The notes beneath the pieces are model-generated. The model was not told where the DNA came from. It did no database searches and saw only the letters and a list, made by a program, of their open reading frames with translations. Made by a program: the position numbers and the translations under genes. This document shows, piece after piece, positions 7,118 to 15,017 of a stretch of 24,155 nt of DNA. The stretch lies in IMG/VR virus record IMGVR_UViG_3300021960_000494, positions 1 to 24,155 of that record, one strand, 5' to 3'. Each line of letters starts with the position of its first letter. The stretch's first letter is position 1. This stretch comes from a virus. Lineage: Duplodnaviria; Caudoviricetes.

Positions 7118-7271
7118 GATAAAAATAGATAAGAAATCAAAAAGAGTTTATAATATGCTACAGCGATTAGATGTTATAAAATACATAAAAGAAAATGAAA
7201 CAATTACTCAAGATCAGTGGAAAAATCTTGTCGATGCAATTTACTATGAGGTTTATAATGAAAAAATATAA
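7110..7271 (+). CDS. Hypothetical protein (53 aa), absent from the ORF track
   Basis: GAGG RBS. MAKIKIDKKSKRVYNMLQRLDVIKYIKENETITQDQWKNLVDAIYYEVYNEKI. Confidence 0.65.
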   Translation: MAKIKIDKKSKRVYNMLQRLDVIKYIKENETITQDQWKNLVDAIYYEVYNEKI

Positions 7272-7416
7272 AAAATTAATAAGAATATTGAAAGCCTATG
7301 ATATATCTCAATCAAATTATATAGGTGGATTAGAAGATTACGATGATTGGATAGAATTTATTGATAATATTGATAAATCTATTAATAGTAAAAGTTGGCG
7401 GTGGTTAACTAAATAG
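7258..7416 (+). CDS. Hypothetical protein (52 aa; start corrected from 7195)
   Basis: GAGG RBS before ATG 7258 (MKKYKKLIRIL...). Confidence 0.65.
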   Translation: MKKYKKLIRILKAYDISQSNYIGGLEDYDDWIEFIDNIDKSINSKSWRWLTK

Positions 7417-7424
7417 GAGAAAAA

Positions 7425-7625
7425 ATGATAAAAAATGATTATATTGAAAAAGAACAGATATTAAGAAAATGCATCAAGTTTATAAGGTCACTATGGGTAC
7501 ATACTGAAGGAGAAGACTTGGGGCAATACTCAATATTAAAAAAAGAAATGAATATATTATCAGATAAAGTAAATGATATTATAATTGAATTGGATGCTTA
7601 TGAGCAAAATAAAAACAAATCTTAA
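7425..7625 (+). CDS. Hypothetical protein (66 aa)
   Basis: AGGAG RBS and operon packing. Confidence 0.7.
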   Translation: MIKNDYIEKEQILRKCIKFIRSLWVHTEGEDLGQYSILKKEMNILSDKVNDIIIELDAYEQNKNKS

Positions 7626-7953
7626 CCTATCTAAAAGAATAGTCTCTCAATACGAACTAAATACAAGTATTGCTATTATGGATAATATAGGAGACTGTGG
7701 ATTTTATAGCGTTTTAAGTGATACAATATATCTTAATAAATCTTATAATTCTTATGCTGAGTTTTTATTAACCTTATTACATGAAATTTGTCATGCATTA
7801 GATAATAAAAGATTGGGAAAAAAGTTTATTAAGAAGTACAATCAAGCATCTCAAGTAGCTACTTATTATGGTTTAAATGCCCATGATTATAATAAGTGGG
7901 AGATCAGAGCAGAAAAATGGGCAAAAAAGGAGTACAACAATGGAAAACTATAG
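7600..7953 (+). CDS. Zinc metallopeptidase-like protein (ImmA/IrrE-like HExxH)
   Basis: GFY....TIYLN...TLLHEICHAL, with a downstream NKWEIRAE as candidate third zinc ligand. Start position uncertain. Confidence 0.7.
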   Translation: MSKIKTNLNLSKRIVSQYELNTSIAIMDNIGDCGFYSVLSDTIYLNKSYNSYAEFLLTLLHEICHALDNKRLGKKFIKKYNQASQVATYYGLNAHDYNKWEIRAEKWAKKEYNNGKL

Positions 7954-8218
7954 AAGAAAAACAGATGCAAACATCGAATCTTTAAAGTACTATTTTAAAG
8001 ATAAGGAATGGTTTGATAAGACAACTTATACTAAAGGTAGGCAATTTGATTATTGGAGCAATAAGGCAACTGCAATACCGCCCAAAAGATGTCCTAAATG
8101 CAAAAGAGCTTTTCAAATGCTCATTCAGAATGTTGACCATAGGCCTTATACGTATTTATTAAGTGCATTGTTTGTTAATGTTAGATTAGAAAAGGAGATT
8201 TGCCATGAATGTAAGTGA
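7940..8218 (+). CDS. Zinc-finger hypothetical protein (start corrected from 7877)
   Basis: AAGGAG RBS before ATG 7940, with CPKC...CHEC. Confidence 0.65.
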   Translation: MENYRRKTDANIESLKYYFKDKEWFDKTTYTKGRQFDYWSNKATAIPPKRCPKCKRAFQMLIQNVDHRPYTYLLSALFVNVRLEKEICHECK

Positions 8219-8831
8219 TAAGTTAATATTGGATTTATGTGGTGGTACGGGTTCTTGGGCTAGACCTTATAAAGAGGCGGGTTATAATGTAAAAACAATA
8301 ACTATTCCCGAATATGATATTGTAAAATGGCGACAATACCAAGATATCTATGAGCCTATAATGGCAAATGAGGTTTATGGTATCCTGGCCGCTCCGCCTT
8401 GTACGATGTTTAGTTATGCTAGAACAAATGCTAAAACTCCTAGGAATTTTCAAGAAGGTATGTACACAATACAAGCTTGCATGGAAATTATTTGGCAATC
8501 TCAAATGTGTTTTGAAGCTAGTTATACAAAAAAATCTAGATTAAAATTTTGGAGTTTAGAAAATACGGGTGGTTTTTTAAAGAATTTTCTAGGTAAACCT
8601 ATTTATACTTTTAATCCGTATGACTTTGGAGATAATTATAAGAAAAAAACTTGCCTTTGGGGATGGTTTAATGAACCTATAAAAAATCCAATTGATTGTG
8701 ATATGCCTAAGTTTGATCGGTTATCGACAAAAGATATTCATGGAGAATTTTACGGCAAATTAACTAGGACTGAAAGAAGAAGTATTACACCCCAAGGGTT
8801 TGCCAATGCATTCTTTGAAGTTAATAAATAG
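8205..8831 (+). CDS. Short DNA cytosine-C5 methyltransferase-like protein 3
   Basis: Motif I ILDLCGGTGSW, motif IV LAAPPCTMFS, motif VI variant LENTGG, PYDFGD.YKKKTCLWG, C-terminal RSITPQGFANAFFEVN. Confidence 0.85.
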   Translation: MNVSDKLILDLCGGTGSWARPYKEAGYNVKTITIPEYDIVKWRQYQDIYEPIMANEVYGILAAPPCTMFSYARTNAKTPRNFQEGMYTIQACMEIIWQSQMCFEASYTKKSRLKFWSLENTGGFLKNFLGKPIYTFNPYDFGDNYKKKTCLWGWFNEPIKNPIDCDMPKFDRLSTKDIHGEFYGKLTRTERRSITPQGFANAFFEVNK

Positions 8832-8832
8832 T

Positions 8833-8861
8833 TTGCGGATAGGTTTATAATTGGTTAATAT
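8833..8861 (+). promoter_or_regulatory. Sigma70-like promoter of the replication operon
   Basis: TTGCGG-17 nt-TAATAT in the gap before rep. Confidence 0.5.
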
Positions 8862-8895
8862 AGACATATCAAAAAGGAGATTCAATAAAGTTTTT

Positions 8896-8958
8896 GCGTG
8901 GTTTATGTTGAGGGTTGGTTTCCTCCTTTTTTCCAGCCCTCCACGCTTAGCAAAGGAG
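8896..8958 (+). promoter_or_regulatory. Leader hairpin with an anti-Shine-Dalgarno loop upstream of rep
   Basis: GAGGGTTGG/CCAGCCCTC and GCGTG/CACGC stems. The loop TTTCCTCCTTTTTT is complementary to the rep SD AAAGGAG. Confidence 0.6.
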
Positions 8959-8963
8959 ATTAT

Positions 8964-9761
8964 ATGAAAAGTGCTTACATGGGTTTTATACCCGCAAATG
9001 TTAGGTATGATAACAGCCTATCTGCTAGAGATAAGGTTATATATTCAGAGATTACAGCAACCATTGATGGCGATAAATGTAAAAAAGGCAATGCCTACTT
9101 TGAAAAAATATTTAATATATCAAGTACAACTCTTGGCAATTGTTTAAGAAGTTTAAGAGAAAATGGTTATATTGAAGTTCATATTGAAAAAGCTAAAAAC
9201 AGTCATAAAGTTTTAAATCGTTATATATACCTACCCTGTACCAATAAACGGGTAGGGGTAGAACAAGAATTAGAAACACCCTCTACCCAAAATGTGATAG
9301 GGGTAAATTCTAGATCAGAGGAGGATTTATCAAATAAAGAGCAAAAATCATCTCAAAATCGGGCTACATCTTATAGTAATAAGATAACATATATAAACTC
9401 TGATAGGTACACTAAAAATCGGGTAGAGTTATTGCCTGAAATTAATTCTAAGCAAGTAGAATATTTAGATAGCATTGTTAGAAAGTTTTACACAAGAAAA
9501 AGAGAACAACTACCAAATGTTATACATTCAGAGTGGCATAAAGATAAGACTCTTATAAATGATTCTATTAATACTCTTTATATGATTATAAAATTAGATG
9601 ATTATGATGAGAAGTTGGTTAAAAATGTATTAAATTGGGCAATTGATGAAAAGTTTTGGCATTTAAATCTTACATCTTTAAGAGGTCTTAGAAAGAAATC
9701 TAATAATGGTCAAAGTAAGTTTACCAATATTTATTTAAAATACAAACAAGGAGAACAATAA
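8964..9761 (+). CDS. Phage replication initiator / replisome organizer (N-terminal HTH_36-type winged helix)
   Basis: IPANVRYDNSLSARDKVIYSEI...NAYFEKIFNISSTTLGNCLRSLRENGYIEV, a low-complexity linker containing iteron-like DNA, and a C-terminal WAIDEKFW..N..S...LRKK. AAAGGAG RBS supports the start at 8964. Lies upstream of the helicase. Confidence 0.8.
   Translation: MKSAYMGFIPANVRYDNSLSARDKVIYSEITATIDGDKCKKGNAYFEKIFNISSTTLGNCLRSLRENGYIEVHIEKAKNSHKVLNRYIYLPCTNKRVGVEQELETPSTQNVIGVNSRSEEDLSNKEQKSSQNRATSYSNKITYINSDRYTKNRVELLPEINSKQVEYLDSIVRKFYTRKREQLPNVIHSEWHKDKTLINDSINTLYMIIKLDDYDEKLVKNVLNWAIDEKFWHLNLTSLRGLRKKSNNGQSKFTNIYLKYKQGEQ
9232..9425 (+). other. Probable replication origin inside rep (iteron-like palindromes plus AT-rich tract)
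   Basis: TACCA-ATAAAC-GGGTA (9239), TACCC-AAAATG-TGATA (9284), ATCTC-AAAATC-GGGCT (9350) and CACTA-AAAATC-GGGTA (9410), with AT-rich DNA at 9368-9400. The intragenic location is as in lambda O. Confidence 0.65.
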
Positions 9762-9762
9762 A

Positions 9763-9900
9763 ATGGAGACAATATTCGGAATAGTAGTGTTAGCTACATT
9801 ATGTGGATTATTGGTATTAGTGGCATATTTAAAAACTGAATTAAATATTGCTGAAAATAGAATAGATGATTTGGAGTTTTTGTATGACCTTCGAAAGTAA
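9763..9900 (+). CDS. Small membrane peptide (45 aa), absent from the ORF track
   Basis: AAGGAG RBS. METIFGIVVLATLCGLLVLVAYLKTELNIAENRIDDLEFLYDLRK. Confidence 0.7.
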   Translation: METIFGIVVLATLCGLLVLVAYLKTELNIAENRIDDLEFLYDLRK

Positions 9901-11557
9901 GGGCATATTTATAAGAGGTACAAGTGGTCAAGAAAAAACAAAATGCCCTGAATGTTCGCCAGGAAGAAAGAAATCTTTTGACCCATGCTTGTCTGTTAAT
10001 ATAGATGAAGGTGTTTGGAATTGCCATCATTGTGGTTGGAAAGGTTCTTTAATGAAATCAAATAAAACATTTACAGCTCCTTTGATCCAAAAACCAAAGC
10101 AAGAAGTAATAACAGATTTACCTATTGAAATAGTTAATTGGTTTGTCGATAGAGGTATTTCTGAGGAAACACTAACTGCTGAGAAAATTGGATATAGTAA
10201 TGGTTGGATACAATTTCCTTTTTATAAAGAAGAAGAAGTTGTCAATATCAAATATCGTAAGGTTGATAAATCATTTAAGCAAGAGAAAAATGCAGAGAAA
10301 TGTTTTTATAGGTTTGACCACTTACAAGGTATGAAGACAATTATTATAACTGAAGGAGAGATGGATGCTTTATCAATAGTAGAGAGCGGACTAAATAATG
10401 TAGTATCTGTTCCAGATGGAGCAACTGCACCAAATTCTAATCCTACAGATAGAAAGTTTAGCTACCTTATATCTGCTGAAGACCATTTTATGAATGCAGA
10501 TACTGTAATACTATGTACTGATAGCGATGCATCTGGAAAGCATTTAAGAGAAGAGCTTTCTAGGAGGATAGGTAGAGAAAAATGTTTTAGAGTTACCTAC
10601 CCATTAGATTGCAAAGATATGAATGAGGTTCTAGTAAAGCATGGTCAAGATAGGGTTATGGAAGTTATTGCTAATGCACATCCTTATCCAATTGATGGTG
10701 TAGTAACTATAGGAGATGTTACAGAAGAAGCTATTGATTTATTAAATAAGCCTGAACATATGGGGCTATCAACGGGTTGGGTAGATATAGATAGTTTTTA
10801 TAGAGTAAGCCCTAGTGAAGTAACTGTTATAACGGGTGTACCTAATATGGGTAAATCAGAATGGATGGATGCTTTAATGATAAATATGATACAAGACTAT
10901 GGTTGGAAGTTTGGGATATTTTCAGCAGAGAACTTTCCTGTTAAGCATCACTTATTAAAATTAGTTGGTAAATTTGCATCTAAGCCTTTTTATGGTGAAG
11001 AAAAAATGTCTGAAGAAACTGCAAGAAACTCTATGGCAATACTAGATGACCATATTAAATTTATAGGTACACAAGAAAATTCAGTTACCATAGCTTCAAT
11101 TATGGAGCAAGCTAGACTGCTTAATTATAGGTTTGGTTTAAATGGATTGGTGGTTGACCCTTGGAATACACTAGAACATAAATTTGGAGATGGGGAAAAT
11201 GAGACTAATTATGTATCAAGAGTTTTGTCAGAGCTTAGTGCTTTTGCTAAACTTAATGAAATACATATTTGGGTAGTGGCTCATCCTAGAAAAATGGAAA
11301 ACGACAATAACAGAAGACCCGTAGTGCCATCACCTTACGATATCAGTGGATCAGCTAATTGGTTTAATAAATGTGATAATGCAATCACTATCCATAGACA
11401 TAGAAGCGATGAGGATGATTATGTGGGTGTTCATGTACATAAAATTAGATTCCAATATAAAAATGGCAAACCTGGAATGGGTAAGTTAAACTATAACGTA
11501 AAAACAGGAAAGTATATTTACCATGAAGAAAAACCTAAAGAAAATCTTTTTGGATAG
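9884..11557 (+). CDS. Bifunctional DNA primase-helicase (T7 gp4/Twinkle-like)
   Basis: Zinc domain CPEC...CHHCGWKG, TOPRIM ITEGEMDALS, SVPDGA, DSDASG and KDMNE, Walker A TGVPNMGKSEW, VVDPWN, VAHPRK, DISGSANW. GGAG RBS before ATG 9884. Confidence 0.95.
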   Translation: MTFESKGIFIRGTSGQEKTKCPECSPGRKKSFDPCLSVNIDEGVWNCHHCGWKGSLMKSNKTFTAPLIQKPKQEVITDLPIEIVNWFVDRGISEETLTAEKIGYSNGWIQFPFYKEEEVVNIKYRKVDKSFKQEKNAEKCFYRFDHLQGMKTIIITEGEMDALSIVESGLNNVVSVPDGATAPNSNPTDRKFSYLISAEDHFMNADTVILCTDSDASGKHLREELSRRIGREKCFRVTYPLDCKDMNEVLVKHGQDRVMEVIANAHPYPIDGVVTIGDVTEEAIDLLNKPEHMGLSTGWVDIDSFYRVSPSEVTVITGVPNMGKSEWMDALMINMIQDYGWKFGIFSAENFPVKHHLLKLVGKFASKPFYGEEKMSEETARNSMAILDDHIKFIGTQENSVTIASIMEQARLLNYRFGLNGLVVDPWNTLEHKFGDGENETNYVSRVLSELSAFAKLNEIHIWVVAHPRKMENDNNRRPVVPSPYDISGSANWFNKCDNAITIHRHRSDEDDYVGVHVHKIRFQYKNGKPGMGKLNYNVKTGKYIYHEEKPKENLFG

Positions 11558-11732
11558 AATTGAAAAGCTACCTAATAACGCTGGCAAAAGCGAAGATTAT
11601 CACTTAAAAAAAATGTGTAAGAAACTACACGATGAGTTTGATAAAATATGGGTTAGGTATAACAATAACAAGTCTACTTATAATCAATGGGAAAAAGCAA
11701 TGAATAAGTGGCTAAGTGCGGAGTGCATATGA
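11523..11732 (+). CDS. Hypothetical protein (69 aa)
   Basis: Fills the gap between helicase and phosphoesterase, with ATGA coupling at the 3' end. Start uncertain. Confidence 0.6.
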   Translation: MKKNLKKIFLDRIEKLPNNAGKSEDYHLKKMCKKLHDEFDKIWVRYNNNKSTYNQWEKAMNKWLSAECI

Positions 11733-12490
11733 AAGTAAAAAGATACGTAGTAACACCAGATAAACATTTTCCATTACATGACCAAAAGGCCATTAATGTA
11801 TTATGTAAGGCAATAGAGATTATACAACCTGATGGTTATATAGACCTCGGAGATGTGGGAGAATTTTCAAGTACTTCCCACTGGCAATGGGCAAAAAAGA
11901 AGAGGCCGCCGTTGGAATATCAATTACCATTTGTTCATAAAGATATATTCGATGTTAACCAAGGTATGGATATGATTGATGAATCATTGGATAAGGCAAA
12001 TGTAAAAATCAAACATTTTGTTGAAGGTAATCACGATGATTGGTTAAATAAATTTGTTGTAGAAAATCCTTATTTAGATGATTTAAGATTTCCTAAAGCA
12101 GTAAGACTTAAGGAAAGAGGCTATAGATATCATAAAATAGGCAAGTTACTTAGAATAGGTAAGCTTAATTTTTATCATGGCCATCATTATGCGGGTGTAC
12201 AGCATACTAGGAATCACTTAATTAGAATGGGTGGTAATGTAATGTATGGACACCACCATGATATTCAGCAGTCTTCAGTGACTCATATTGATGGAGCAAA
12301 ATCTGCTTGGAGTATTGGATGTTTAAAAGATATGACTGCTGAAGCAAATGCTTGGCTAGGAAATAGAGCAGTTAATTGGGGTCATGCTTTCGCTATAGTT
12401 GATTTTTACCATAGTGGATTATTTACAGTTCATATAGTTCAAATTATTGATGGTAAAACATCACTATGGGGAGAGTTAATTAAAGGTTGA
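11729..12490 (+). CDS. Calcineurin-like metallophosphoesterase
   Basis: Motifs PDKH, LGDVGE, EGNHD, YHGHH, YGHHH. GGAG RBS and ATGA overlap support the start at 11729. Confidence 0.9.
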   Translation: MKVKRYVVTPDKHFPLHDQKAINVLCKAIEIIQPDGYIDLGDVGEFSSTSHWQWAKKKRPPLEYQLPFVHKDIFDVNQGMDMIDESLDKANVKIKHFVEGNHDDWLNKFVVENPYLDDLRFPKAVRLKERGYRYHKIGKLLRIGKLNFYHGHHYAGVQHTRNHLIRMGGNVMYGHHHDIQQSSVTHIDGAKSAWSIGCLKDMTAEANAWLGNRAVNWGHAFAIVDFYHSGLFTVHIVQIIDGKTSLWGELIKG

Positions 12491-12541
12491 CAGTCTATAA
12501 GTTACATTAGTAGTTTTTAACTAACAAATAAGGAGAATATA

Positions 12542-12826
12542 ATGTATTACAATACAACTAAACAAGATGGTAATGATTTAAAAAGTTACAAATCTAAAGC
12601 GTTGTCACAAGAAGCTAAGATATTAAATTATTTTACTGTAAAAGGCAAGGCAACTCCCACTGAAATATGGTCAAGAATGTCAGCAGATGCTTTGCTTACA
12701 TCAGTTAGAAGGTGTATTACTAACTTAACTAAGTCAGGTCGTTTAATTAAAACTAAAGTAAAGAAGACTAGTATTTATGGTCGTCCAGAGTATGTATGGG
12801 AATTTAACTTAGAGGGGAACTTATAA
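12542..12826 (+). CDS. Winged-helix DNA-binding protein
   Basis: ATPTEIW...TSVRRCITNLTKSGRLIKT....SIYGRPEYVW. AAGGAG RBS. Confidence 0.7.
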   Translation: MYYNTTKQDGNDLKSYKSKALSQEAKILNYFTVKGKATPTEIWSRMSADALLTSVRRCITNLTKSGRLIKTKVKKTSIYGRPEYVWEFNLEGNL

Positions 12827-13077
12827 TGAAGGAATATGACCGATTTAATACTTATTATGGGACAATTGTGTGGACAAATCCTAATACAATCAAAGATAAA
12901 AGCGTTACAATTCATAGGGCTTCACTTCGAGATCTTATAGAGGGAGTAGAGGAACATCTAGAAAAGTATAAGTCTAGAAAAGCTTTTATGGAGTCTTGTG
13001 CTGTTCAACATGACTTGAAAGATGGGATATCTGAATGGACAGATATTACAGAAATGGTGCAAAAAGAACTTAACTAA
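12826..13077 (+). CDS. Hypothetical protein (83 aa)
   Basis: TAATG coupling and GAGGGG RBS. Confidence 0.7.
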   Translation: MKEYDRFNTYYGTIVWTNPNTIKDKSVTIHRASLRDLIEGVEEHLEKYKSRKAFMESCAVQHDLKDGISEWTDITEMVQKELN

Positions 13078-13088
13078 CAGGAGTAAGA

Positions 13089-13571
13089 ATGGAAACAACA
13101 CAACTAAAAATACCAACTAACGGAAGTGCAGTAGTCGAATTAATGTTTGACAATTGTAAGCAAGGTACTAATGATTATGGCAATTGGAATCTTTATGGTT
13201 TGAAAAGTGAGGGGCAAGATGTAAGTCTTTTTGCTACTGACTTACTGCATGAAAAGATGAAGTATTATTCTACGGGCGATGTGGTACAGATTAATAAGAA
13301 TGAAACTGATCAAGGTCGTATTCAGTGGGAGGTTATACCTAAAAATGGTACACCTGCAAGGGATGCATCTAACTCTACTGCAGCTCCAGTTCAATCTGTA
13401 GTTAGTGGTAAATCTACTGATAGTAGGACTGCTGATATACATAAGCAAGTATGTTTAAAGCTTGCAGTGCAGAGTATGGGAGATGATTTTGATGTAGAAG
13501 AGATTGAATCCAGGATGTATAGCTTATTGAGTGTGTTGCATGGTAGTGAATCAGATGGTCTACCGATCTAG
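13089..13571 (+). CDS. Putative single-stranded DNA-binding protein
   Basis: Beta-rich N-terminal domain, flexible linker and an acidic C-terminus ESDGLPI resembling SSB DDIPF tails. Lies in the replication/recombination cluster. Confidence 0.5.
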   Translation: METTQLKIPTNGSAVVELMFDNCKQGTNDYGNWNLYGLKSEGQDVSLFATDLLHEKMKYYSTGDVVQINKNETDQGRIQWEVIPKNGTPARDASNSTAAPVQSVVSGKSTDSRTADIHKQVCLKLAVQSMGDDFDVEEIESRMYSLLSVLHGSESDGLPI

Positions 13572-13922
13572 TTGAAGAAACCATTAATAAAGAAGTTAGA
13601 TAATGCGTGGGCTAAGAAAATTAGAGAATATGGTATGTGTGAAAACTGCCATAAAACAAAACCGCTTAATGCTCACCATTTCTACTCTAGGTCTATTCGT
13701 GTTGTGCGTTGGGACTTAAGAAATGGTTTTTGTTTGTGTGTTGGATGTCATGTTTTTTCGTCAAATTTTTCAGCTCATAAAACTCCCGCAGAGTTTGTTG
13801 AATGGGCTATTGAAAAGCGTGGCATCCAGTGGTATGAAGATTTAAAAATGAAAAAAAATTCAATGATTAAGTACGTAGATGCTGATTATGATTTAATTTA
13901 TAATGACATCTGGGGAGTATAG
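13572..13922 (+). CDS. ninG: NinG/Rap-like HNH endonuclease (probable junction resolvase)
   Basis: KKLD.AWAKKIR...CENC...AHHFYSR....VRWDLRNGFCLCVGCH. Confidence 0.75.
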   Translation: MKKPLIKKLDNAWAKKIREYGMCENCHKTKPLNAHHFYSRSIRVVRWDLRNGFCLCVGCHVFSSNFSAHKTPAEFVEWAIEKRGIQWYEDLKMKKNSMIKYVDADYDLIYNDIWGV

Positions 13923-14025
13923 AATTGCCCCTTAATTTTAATAATAAACAGTGGTTTGAAATAAACTGTTTGACTGAAATGAATTGGCGTTCATGGGGCA
14001 AAAAAATTAATATAAGGAGTACAAT

Positions 14026-14142
14026 ATGATAGAAGTAATGTTAATGTTTGTATTAGGGTTGGTTATTTATAATAGTAAATTGTGGGAAGATGGAATGTGG
14101 GAAACCACTAAATCTAAATGGGTATATTGGAGAAGTAAATGA
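14026..14142 (+). CDS. Small Trp-rich hydrophobic peptide (38 aa), absent from the ORF track
   Basis: TAAGGAG RBS. MIEVMLMFVLGLVIYNSKLWEDGMWETTKSKWVYWRSK, with ATGA overlap to the next gene. Confidence 0.65.
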   Translation: MIEVMLMFVLGLVIYNSKLWEDGMWETTKSKWVYWRSK

Positions 14143-14459
14143 AAGTGCCTGATTTTATAAAGTGGGCAAAGTCAATGCAAAAAGAAGAGAATAGACTTAT
14201 GCTAGTTAAGGGTGAAGAGTATACTGTCTCTGATGAAGATAAGTTTAAAAACTTTAAAAGCATTGCTGAACGAATGGGGTTAAGTGCAGAGCAAGTTACT
14301 ATGATATATCTACTTAAACATATGGACTCTATTAGGAATTATATTCATACGGGCAAAGAATCAAGTGAAGAATCTATTATGGGTAGAATACACGATGCTA
14401 GAAACTACTTATTATTACTAGGTGGTATCATTGAGGAGCGTAATTCTGTCAAAAAATAA
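14139..14459 (+). CDS. Nucleotide-modification-associated domain (DUF1599/Nmad1-like) all-alpha protein
   Basis: KGEEY...D...NF...KH.D.I...ESI.GRI.DARNYLLLL pattern. Confidence 0.55.
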   Translation: MKVPDFIKWAKSMQKEENRLMLVKGEEYTVSDEDKFKNFKSIAERMGLSAEQVTMIYLLKHMDSIRNYIHTGKESSEESIMGRIHDARNYLLLLGGIIEERNSVKK

Positions 14460-14685
14460 ATTTGGATCAATTCAATGGGTCATAGATGCCTTATATAGTG
14501 ATGTAAAGGAAAAAACCCATAGAAGGCCTAGGGAAACTGACGAAATACGGGCAGATAGAAACTTATCTTGGTGTCCTGGATGCAGTCGTAAATGGAATAT
14601 GTATGAAGGTCGCTTATGGGCATCTACAGATATAAAATTATGGAAGGAAAAAGTATGTCCAAAATGCGATTCCCCTGCGAAATAA
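14422..14685 (+). CDS. Zinc-ribbon hypothetical protein
   Basis: WCPGC...VCPKC. Start uncertain and probably slightly downstream of 14422. Confidence 0.6.
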   Translation: MVSLRSVILSKNKFGSIQWVIDALYSDVKEKTHRRPRETDEIRADRNLSWCPGCSRKWNMYEGRLWASTDIKLWKEKVCPKCDSPAK

Positions 14686-15017
14686 AAAACGGCAAATTAA
14701 TTATTACAAATAGAGATGAATTTGATAATACTATTAGTAATTATAGTGGTAACTACTATCTTGAACTAACTGAAACGGGAGTAAGATCTTCACAGCAAAA
14801 TAATTATTATTGGAAGATTGTAGATTTATTAGCAGAAGATTTAGGATACACTAACCAAGAAATGCATCAAGCAATCAAAGACCATTTTAATATAGATAGT
14901 ACAAAAGTCTTAACTACAAAAGAATTTTCACAGTTTATAGAGCGTATAATTAGATGGGCAGCAATTGATTTAAATGTTGTAATTCCAGATGTTAAAACTC
15001 TTCTTCAATCTTCATAG
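14655..15017 (+). CDS. ninB: NinB/Orf-like recombination protein
   Basis: RSSQQNNYYW...G....EMH..IK..F...STK.LTTKEFS.FIE.I...A....V.IPD. Confidence 0.7.
   Translation: MSKMRFPCEIKNGKLIITNRDEFDNTISNYSGNYYLELTETGVRSSQQNNYYWKIVDLLAEDLGYTNQEMHQAIKDHFNIDSTKVLTTKEFSQFIERIIRWAAIDLNVVIPDVKTLLQSS

Noticed and set aside
5107-12828. Recurrent (T)TTATAATG at gene junctions (5114, 6744, 6962, 7258, 12826)
   Set aside because: Mostly explained by an RBS spacer plus TAATG stop/start coupling. No matching -35 elements were identified.
5818-13448. Minus-strand ORFs 5818..6069, 6513..6695, 8235..8504, 9794..10030 and 13242..13448
   Set aside because: Each lies antisense to better-supported + strand genes.
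13925-14001. Hammerhead ribozyme or tRNA reading of the three-way junction
   Set aside because: CTGA and GAAA are present but not in the CUGANGA...GAAA...UH arrangement. There is no four-arm cloverleaf or TTC T-arm.
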